A DNA stretch of 24,000 nucleotides, from positions 2,702,030 through 2,726,029 of the forward strand of contig NZ_CP011971.1 of assembly GCF_001579945.1 (NCBI RefSeq), written 5' to 3'. The notes under the pieces were generated by a model. The model made no database searches and was not told the DNA's origin. It saw only the letters and a program-made list of their open reading frames with translations. The stretch's first letter is position 1. Each line of letters begins with the position of its first letter. Positions 18,436-24,000 of this stretch are shown piece after piece. This DNA comes from Steroidobacter denitrificans. Its GTDB lineage: Bacteria; Pseudomonadota; Gammaproteobacteria; Steroidobacterales; Steroidobacteraceae. The translations under genes and the position numbers were made by a program.

Positions 18436-20309
18436 GCTCCAAGCTGCGTCACGTCGCGCCGGAATCCCTGCCGATGTTGAGCGTGCCACAGGCCCGCGTA
18501 CACACCCCGGCATTGCAGCAATTCGGCATGGCTGCCCTGTTCCACCAGCATGCCGCCGTCGAGCACCAGGATCCGATCCGCTGTCGTAACGGTCGCAAGC
18601 CGATGGGTGATCGCCAGAACGGTGCTTCCCGCAGTGATCCGTTGCAGTTCGCTCAGCACACCACGCTCCGTTGCACCGTCCAGCGATGCCGTCGCCTCGT
18701 CCAGCACGATGATGCGTGCTCGTCCGAGCACTGCGCGTGCGATCGCGATACGCTGGCGTTCGCCGCCTGAGAGCCGCACGCCGCGCTCGCCCACCGGCGT
18801 ATCATAGGCCTGCGGAAGGCTCATGATGCGGTCATGAATATTCGCCAGGCGCGCAGCCCAAATGATTTCTTCGCGTGGCGCGTCGCGTCCCACGGCGATA
18901 TTTCTGGCGATCGTGTCGTGAAACAGGATGACATCCTGGGGCACGACGGCAATCTTGCGCCGCAAGACAGCCAATGGCATCTGCTCCACAGGCATACCAT
19001 CGATACGTATCGTACCCTGGCTTGGACTGTACAGACGCAGCAGCAGGCGGATCAGCGTGGATTTACCTGCGCCGCTGCCCCCCACGATCGCTACCGTATC
19101 GCCGGCATCGATCCGAAAGGAGATCGAACGCAACGCCGGCGCCCCTTCCTCATAGGAGAATTCGACCCCGTCGAATTCCACATCGCCCCGAACCATGGGG
19201 ACCGTGCGCTCATCTGCCACAGCCATTGCAAACGGTGCTTCCGGCCGCTCGGCCAGGACACCCAACAGCCGCTCGACATATGCGAACGCCTGGGCGCTGT
19301 CGCGCAATGCCAGCCCAAGCATCTCCAATGGAGCCACCAGTCGTATCACATACGCATGGACCAGCACGACATCTCCAAAGGTCATGGCGCCGCGCAACAC
19401 ATCGCGAGCGGCGAAAATCACCGTCGCGCCGAGACAAGCCGCAAAAATGCCACCCAGCAATACGCCGTTGGCGGCGCGCCGGCTAAAGAATCCCCGCCAG
19501 GCAGCCTCGATGGCACGCAACGCAGCGCGATAGCGCGCACCGGCAGCAGCTTCAGCATTGAAGCATTTCACGGCTTCGCAATTCAGCAAGCTATCGGTAA
19601 ACATCGCATGAGCCGCGATATGTGTCTGTGCGATCCGGCGTGCCGGCCCTTCGATATCCGCCGCGCCGTGCTGGAACGCCAGCACGTACGCCGCGGTTGC
19701 CGCCAGCAATACTGCCAGGTAGATTTCATGCTCGAGCCGGACGAGAACGACGGCGATCAACCCAAGTTCCAGCAACACGGGAAACACCGTGCACAGTGCC
19801 GCGCTCAACAGCAGGCGACAGCCCTGGACGCCCTGTTCAGCCAGCTGCCCTATCGACCCCAAGCGCCCCCGGACATGCCAGTGCAAAGGCAAACACAGTA
19901 GATGCTCGAACACTCGCCGGCCGATCGCCCGACATACGCGCTGCTCCGCACATCCATGGCGATACAGGCGCCACTCGCCGATCAGGCGCGTCGAATACTG
20001 ACCCACTGCATACAGCAAGGCCAGGGCGGTGACGGCAAATTGCTCCTCTCCCGCCCTCTCCAGCACATCCAACAGGAATTTCAGCACCAGCGGCGTCAAC
20101 GCCGCCGCGCAGGCACCCGCCACCGCCAGCAAGATCACCATCCGCAAATCACGCCGCACGGAGCGATCCGCCGCCCGCCGAAACAGCAGCCAGACATCAC
20201 GCCATACGTGAAAGCGAAAGAGCCGCGCGTGACCGGGGAAGGCAGAGGCATTCATCGGTACACGATGTAAAACCCTGCCGGACATCGCAAGCGCCCTTGC
20301 CGATATCAT
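18414..20309 (-). CDS. ABC exporter, fused permease/ATPase (candidate McjD-like lasso-peptide export/immunity protein)
   Basis: An N-terminal 6-TM exporter domain is followed by Walker A GGSGAGKST, signature LSGGERQRIAIARA and Walker B IIVLDEATS. The start may be ATG 20309, 20285 or 20255. The 3' end overlaps the convergent gene by 22 bp (18414-18435). Confidence 0.88.
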   Translation of the reverse strand: MISARALAMSGRVLHRVPMNASAFPGHARLFRFHVWRDVWLLFRRAADRSVRRDLRMVILLAVAGACAAALTPLVLKFLLDVLERAGEEQFAVTALALLYAVGQYSTRLIGEWRLYRHGCAEQRVCRAIGRRVFEHLLCLPLHWHVRGRLGSIGQLAEQGVQGCRLLLSAALCTVFPVLLELGLIAVVLVRLEHEIYLAVLLAATAAYVLAFQHGAADIEGPARRIAQTHIAAHAMFTDSLLNCEAVKCFNAEAAAGARYRAALRAIEAAWRGFFSRRAANGVLLGGIFAACLGATVIFAARDVLRGAMTFGDVVLVHAYVIRLVAPLEMLGLALRDSAQAFAYVERLLGVLAERPEAPFAMAVADERTVPMVRGDVEFDGVEFSYEEGAPALRSISFRIDAGDTVAIVGGSGAGKSTLIRLLLRLYSPSQGTIRIDGMPVEQMPLAVLRRKIAVVPQDVILFHDTIARNIAVGRDAPREEIIWAARLANIHDRIMSLPQAYDTPVGERGVRLSGGERQRIAIARAVLGRARIIVLDEATASLDGATERGVLSELQRITAGSTVLAITHRLATVTTADRILVLDGGMLVEQGSHAELLQCRGVYAGLWHAQHRQGFRRDVTQLGAYPSGTR

Positions 20310-20670
20310 TCACCGTGTATGGGTCGGGCTGCCGCGTCCACCGGCAGCTCAACCGAGCGCCCCCGACATCGTCCCAATGCCATTCTCAGTCATTGGCGGC
20401 CATTCTCGAAATCGTCCCACAAACCTTTTCAACAATGATTCTATAGTTGATGCTGCCATGATCTTCTGTTGATTTTGCAGCGATTTTCGAGCGATTGCCT
20501 AGGCGACCTTCCAGGTGATCCTCGAAGAAATAATCTTCGATGATTCCTGGATACCTTCCGGGTACTTCCTGGACGATGCAGCAGACAGCCGCCTGGACGC
20601 TGCCCTGCTTGTCCGCTTCGATTTCTCCGAAAACATCCGAAGAAACAGGTTCATGACCGATGGTGTCAGA

Positions 20671-20757
20671 GTTTGCTTGTTTGCTTTCTTTTCTGGATCG
20701 ACCGGCGCCGAAGGGTGATGTCGGCGCACCGGTTCGTCTACAAGCAAATTAGCAAAC
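20671..20757. repeat. 87-bp composite imperfect palindrome in the AT-rich spacer
   Basis: The outer arms are gtttgcttgtttgctt (20671-20686) and aagcaaattagcaaac (20742-20757), complementary at 14 of 16 positions. The inner arms are accggcgccga (20701-20711) and tcggcgcaccggt (20721-20733). They pair over 11 bp with a 2-nt bulge around a 9-nt loop. Confidence 0.55.
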
Positions 20758-21067
20758 TCCGGCACCGGCTCGGAATGACCGTCGCACAATGCTGGTTCAG
20801 AACGACGCATCGGCGAATCCGGGGATTTTTATTGATCGAGTCCTTCAAGCGGACAGGCTGCAAACCCCTTGAATTCCGGTATTCTCGCCCGATCCGCCTC
20901 AGGAAATCTCCACTGCGCCTGGATGGCCCCGACTCACCTGCGCGTATCCACGCGCGACCGGAAATAATTATTACAAGACTATCCCCGTTGACACCGATGA
21001 TTCTGGCGCGCACGTTGATCCCGCCACTGCGGTCGGCAATCACTCGCACTCATCGAAGGAGACAGTC

Positions 21068-21184
21068 ATGAATACGACACTGACAATGGTCGATCTGGGA
21101 GATGCACGGGTCGAGACACGGGAGATTGGAGCACGGCAGCAGCAGGACAACGAGCGTGTTCTAGGACCGAGGCCGCTGGTGTAA
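21068..21184 (+). CDS. Lasso peptide precursor (38 aa): MNTTLTMVDLGDARVETREIGARQQQDNERVLGPRPLV
   Basis: Short ORF with AAGGAG (21056-21061) 6 nt before the ATG, located directly upstream of the lasso B and C genes. It has a leader-like segment MVDLGDARVETR with Thr two residues before the putative cleavage point. Acidic residues (D, E) sit 7-9 residues downstream as ring acceptors. It is too short to appear in the ORF track. Confidence 0.75.
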   Translation: MNTTLTMVDLGDARVETREIGARQQQDNERVLGPRPLV

Positions 21185-21200
21185 TTCAGCAATAACCTTC

Positions 21201-21240
21201 GGCGGAGTGCGCGGCGCCGGTACCAGCCGCGCACTCCGCC
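21201..21240 (+). terminator. Perfect 15-bp-stem hairpin between precursor and B gene (attenuator / mRNA-stabilising structure)
   Basis: GGCGGAGTGCGCGGC (21201-21215), a 10-nt loop gccggtacca, then GCCGCGCACTCCGCC (21226-21240). It starts 17 nt after the precursor stop. No U-tract follows (ctccagcgtt), so it is not a canonical full terminator. Confidence 0.55.
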
Positions 21241-21264
21241 CTCCAGCGTTATGGCGATACGACC

Positions 21265-22143
21265 ATGGACATGCCTTCTTTATTCAATATCTCTCGCAGT
21301 ACATGCCCGGCCACGCTGGATTTGGATGAATGGCCGAAACCCGTGGGTTCCAGCAATGATCGAGCGCCGAACGTAACCCGGCGCCCGGGCGATGGCACGA
21401 CGCGTTTCGAGCGCCTCCCCACCTATTGGCTACCGGCCCACGTCTATACCTGTCATGTCCCCGGCGGCACAGTATTTCTGGATCTGCGTCGCAATCGTTA
21501 TCTCGGCGTCGGTGAAGCCGAAACGCAGACATTACAACGTCATGTAGCAAACTGGCAGGATGCCACTCTCGACCTGGAACGCGATTCATTCAACGAATCG
21601 ACGGCGAGGCACATTCTCGATGCGTTGGTCGAGTCCGCGCTGTTACAAACGGAATCTGAATGCAGCAGGATCTTCTCGTCAACCTCCACCGGCCTGCAGG
21701 AAGCGCGGCACGGTCTCGAGACCGTTCGGGCTTCTCATCGATCCATTCGTGCGCCAGATTTGTGGCGATTCCTGCGAAGCTGCCTTTGGGCACATTGCAT
21801 TCTGCGCACCTCGTCACTGTACGACGCTGCCCATGCCATCGAGGATTTCAGGCAGACCGGCGGTTCGATCTTATCTCCGGCGGATCCCGCACAGACTTAT
21901 CGCTGCGTACAGATCTTTCGCCGCCTGCGGCCCTACGTCTTTGCCGCACAGGACCGATGCCTGTTTCAGGCACTGGCGCTGGTGCGTTTCCTGCAGTATT
22001 ACCAGACACCCGCCACCTGGATCATCGGCGTGCGCGTCAGACCCTGGGCTGCGCACAGCTGGGTGCAACAGGACGAACTGATCCTGGATGGGACGCCCGA
22101 GTCCGTACGCGAGTACATACCGATTCTCGCCGTCGAGGCATAG
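21265..22143 (+). CDS. Lasso peptide leader peptidase, fused B1 (PqqD-like RRE) + B2 (transglutaminase-like Cys protease)
   Basis: The N-terminal part YTCHVPGGTVFLDLRRNRYLGVGEAETQTLQRHV looks like a PqqD-type leader-recognition element. The C-terminal part carries the Cys/His/Asp arrangement DRCLFQALALVRFL...WAAHSWVQQDELILDG, typical of McjB-type proteases. Confidence 0.85.
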   Translation: MDMPSLFNISRSTCPATLDLDEWPKPVGSSNDRAPNVTRRPGDGTTRFERLPTYWLPAHVYTCHVPGGTVFLDLRRNRYLGVGEAETQTLQRHVANWQDATLDLERDSFNESTARHILDALVESALLQTESECSRIFSSTSTGLQEARHGLETVRASHRSIRAPDLWRFLRSCLWAHCILRTSSLYDAAHAIEDFRQTGGSILSPADPAQTYRCVQIFRRLRPYVFAAQDRCLFQALALVRFLQYYQTPATWIIGVRVRPWAAHSWVQQDELILDGTPESVREYIPILAVEA

Positions 22144-22149
22144 GCTGCC

Positions 22150-24000
22150 GTGCTGCGCTTCATGGGATGGGTCTGGGATGCGAGAGAGCCGCAGCAGGCC
22201 GAATTCGCTCGCTCGCTGCAACGAACACTGCTCGCTAGGCTGAACTGGCAGATGGCATTGGATACGCGTGGGGCGCAATGCTTCCTCACTGGCGGACACC
22301 CGAGTGCCCAATACCAGGTGCTGCCTCACGGCGCCGGCATCGTGCTCGGCACCCTGTTCGAGCAGCGTGCCGACCCCGTCGATGATTCGGCCTACCGGCC
22401 TGCGATCATCGAACCGCGGGATATACAGCCGCTCCTGAATAGCCAGGGGCGGCGACTGATCGAAAATTACTGGGGCAACTACCTCGCCATCCTGTGCGAC
22501 GAACATCGCAGCGGCATCTGCATCATCAAGGATCCCACCGGCCCTCTGCCCTGCTTCATCACCTCGCTGCACGGCCTTACGATGCTGTTTTCCTCTGTGT
22601 CCGATTGCCTGAATCTCGGCGCATTCTCCTTCACCGTCAATCCCGCCTACTTGAGAGATCGAGTTTCGGGCCGGCACGAAACCTCCCACGGCGCACTCAA
22701 CGAAGTCCGCCCGCTGTATGGCGGCGAGTGTCTTCACTTCGACTTTCGCACGCACCCCATGACGCGCACCACCCGGCTCCATTGGCACCCATTGCGTCTG
22801 GCCTACGATACGAATCCGGTTGAACACCCCGCCCAGGCGGCCGCCATGGTGCGCGCCGCGGTGCGCGCCTGCACCCGCACGCTGGCTGCCGAGCACGATG
22901 CCGTGCTGCTGCGGCTCTCCGGAGGCCTGGACTCCTCCATCATCTGCGCCTGCTTGGCCGATATGCCCTCACGACCCACTGTGACCAGCTATACCTACTA
23001 CGATCCGCACGGACCCGCGGACGAGCGGCCTTGGGCACGGCTCGCCGCTGCGCACGCCGCCTTTGAACACCTCGAATATCCTTTCGACCCACAAACGATC
23101 GATCTGCGTCGGCGGCCCAAACTGCTCCCATCGGTATACGTGGTATCGATACTCGAATATCTCGATCTTTCGAAGCTCGAGCGGCAGCTGACCGCCGACC
23201 GTGGCGCAACCGCCATATTCTCAGGCGACGGCGGCGATTCCGGCTTTTGCAGCGACTCGATCGCGCTTGCCCTCGTCGAATACTTGAAGCGCCACGGCCT
23301 TCGTTCAAACGCTCTGCTCCTGGCGACCCAAATCTCGCTCTATACCCAACGTTCGTCCTGGCAGGTGTTGGCCAACTCCCTGCGACGCTGGTTTCGCGGT
23401 CAGACGCCGGCCGATCAACAGGAAGTCCAGGAGACCATCAACCGGCTGGCCCATCCGGATCTGCGATCCCGTACAGCTGTCGACTCTACGCCCGTACATC
23501 CCTGGTTTCGCGACTGTGACGAGACTCCCTGGGCACTTATGCGCCGGCTCGGTAATCTGCCGAATCCGATGCCCTACTACGACCTGTCCGCTGATCCTGA
23601 CACCAAAACACCGGAGGTCGTCGCGCCGCTGTATGCGCAACCGGCCGTGGAACTGTTTTTGCGCATTCCCCTGTACGTCCATTTTTTTGAGGGAAAGGAT
23701 CGTGGGTTGGCACGGGACGCCTTTGCCGGCATGGTACCCGCGCCCATACTCCAGCGTCTGTGGAAAGACCGTGCCCCAGGCTTTCTGGAAGAAATCGTGA
23801 GCCGCAATCGGGAAGCGTTGCGTGAACTCCTGCTCGATGGTGTACTGGCGGCATCGGGCCTATTGGACCGTTCGGCCACCGAACAGGCGCTGTCGCCGAT
23901 GCCTTCGAAAAGCCTCGTTGTTCCGATCGAGTTGTTCAGTCATCTGGACACGGAGCTCTGGGCGCGCCAATGGATGGACGGCCGGCACGAACCCGGAATC
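22150..24000 (+). CDS. Lasso peptide lactam synthetase / cyclase (asparagine synthetase B-like, McjC family), 3' end outside window
   Basis: I translated this frame by hand. It is open from GTG 22150 (GAGG at 22135-22138; alternative ATG 22162) to nt 24000, giving 617 codons with no stop. It contains the Asn-synthetase PP-loop AVLLRLSGGLDSSIICA (about 22906-22950) and later FSGDGGDSGF. It is not in the supplied track because it has no stop codon inside the window. Confidence 0.85.
   Translation, partial: MLRFMGWVWDAREPQQAEFARSLQRTLLARLNWQMALDTRGAQCFLTGGHPSAQYQVLPHGAGIVLGTLFEQRADPVDDSAYRPAIIEPRDIQPLLNSQGRRLIENYWGNYLAILCDEHRSGICIIKDPTGPLPCFITSLHGLTMLFSSVSDCLNLGAFSFTVNPAYLRDRVSGRHETSHGALNEVRPLYGGECLHFDFRTHPMTRTTRLHWHPLRLAYDTNPVEHPAQAAAMVRAAVRACTRTLAAEHDAVLLRLSGGLDSSIICACLADMPSRPTVTSYTYYDPHGPADERPWARLAAAHAAFEHLEYPFDPQTIDLRRRPKLLPSVYVVSILEYLDLSKLERQLTADRGATAIFSGDGGDSGFCSDSIALALVEYLKRHGLRSNALLLATQISLYTQRSSWQVLANSLRRWFRGQTPADQQEVQETINRLAHPDLRSRTAVDSTPVHPWFRDCDETPWALMRRLGNLPNPMPYYDLSADPDTKTPEVVAPLYAQPAVELFLRIPLYVHFFEGKDRGLARDAFAGMVPAPILQRLWKDRAPGFLEEIVSRNREALRELLLDGVLAASGLLDRSATEQALSPMPSKSLVVPIELFSHLDTELWARQWMDGRHEPGI

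Noticed and set aside
18834-19901. Plus-strand 355-aa ORF opposite the ABC exporter
   Set aside because: It is antisense to an ORF with complete Walker A, signature and Walker B motifs.
20988-20993. Consensus TTGACA about 75 bp upstream of the precursor ATG, as a -35 box, with a nearby GCGCGT-atcc-ACGCGC palindrome at 20940-20955
   Set aside because: No acceptable -10 hexamer lies at 16-18 bp spacing (cacgtt at 17 bp). I kept it as a note only and cannot call a promoter from sequence alone.
21251-21376. 41-aa alternative-frame ORF (MAIRPWTCLLYSISLAVHARPRW...) as a possible second precursor
   Set aside because: It overlaps the 5' end of the B gene out of frame. It has no SD, no Thr-x leader end, and no Gly/acidic ring spacing.
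22141-22152. The B and C genes are in the same reading frame, separated only by TAG plus two codons before a GTG. Could this be a read-through B-C fusion?
   Set aside because: A GAGG lies upstream of the GTG, so ordinary re-initiation or coupling explains the layout. Nothing in the sequence (no slippery site or structure) argues for programmed read-through.
21871-22896. Minus-strand 341-aa ORF spanning the B/C junction, plus the smaller minus ORFs at 22940-23879
   Set aside because: They are antisense to the lasso B and C genes, whose motifs are clear. The minus products are Arg/Gly/Ala-rich.

Overview
GC-rich chromosomal segment, probably from a Gammaproteobacterium (PlsB, ArfB and TtcA are present). 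All calls come from reading the translations and the DNA by eye; no database search was possible.

Positions 1-14.4 kb look like ordinary housekeeping DNA:
- the 3' end of an MscS-type channel gene
- arfB and plsB
- a small lipoprotein, a YqiA-like hydrolase and ttcA
- an RND permease plus adaptor pair with no outer-membrane factor gene
- cysK
- glgA and glgC, separated by a LEA_2-type lipoprotein gene

Positions 14.4-24 kb look accessory:
- a secreted DUF192 fusion protein
- a tandem LuxR/LuxI acyl-homoserine-lactone quorum-sensing pair, with a lux-box-like dyad in front of luxI
- a Y1 (IS200/RAYT-like) transposase-fold protein that has a degenerate HUH motif and a DnaA-C-like HTH
- a divergent ABC exporter
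- an AT-rich 0.75-kb spacer
- a lasso-peptide operon: a 38-aa precursor, a fused B1/B2 leader peptidase, and an Asn-synthetase-like cyclase that runs off the window

The cyclase ORF is missing from the supplied ORF track because it has no stop codon inside the window.

The most interesting observation concerns the precursor. Its leader matches the proteobacterial lasso pattern, ending in Thr-x, but this places Glu at core position 1 instead of the usual Gly. Asp falls at position 9.

No rRNA, tRNA, CRISPR array or bounded IS element was seen. Most long ORFs antisense to the called genes are Arg/Gly/Pro-rich GC artefacts.
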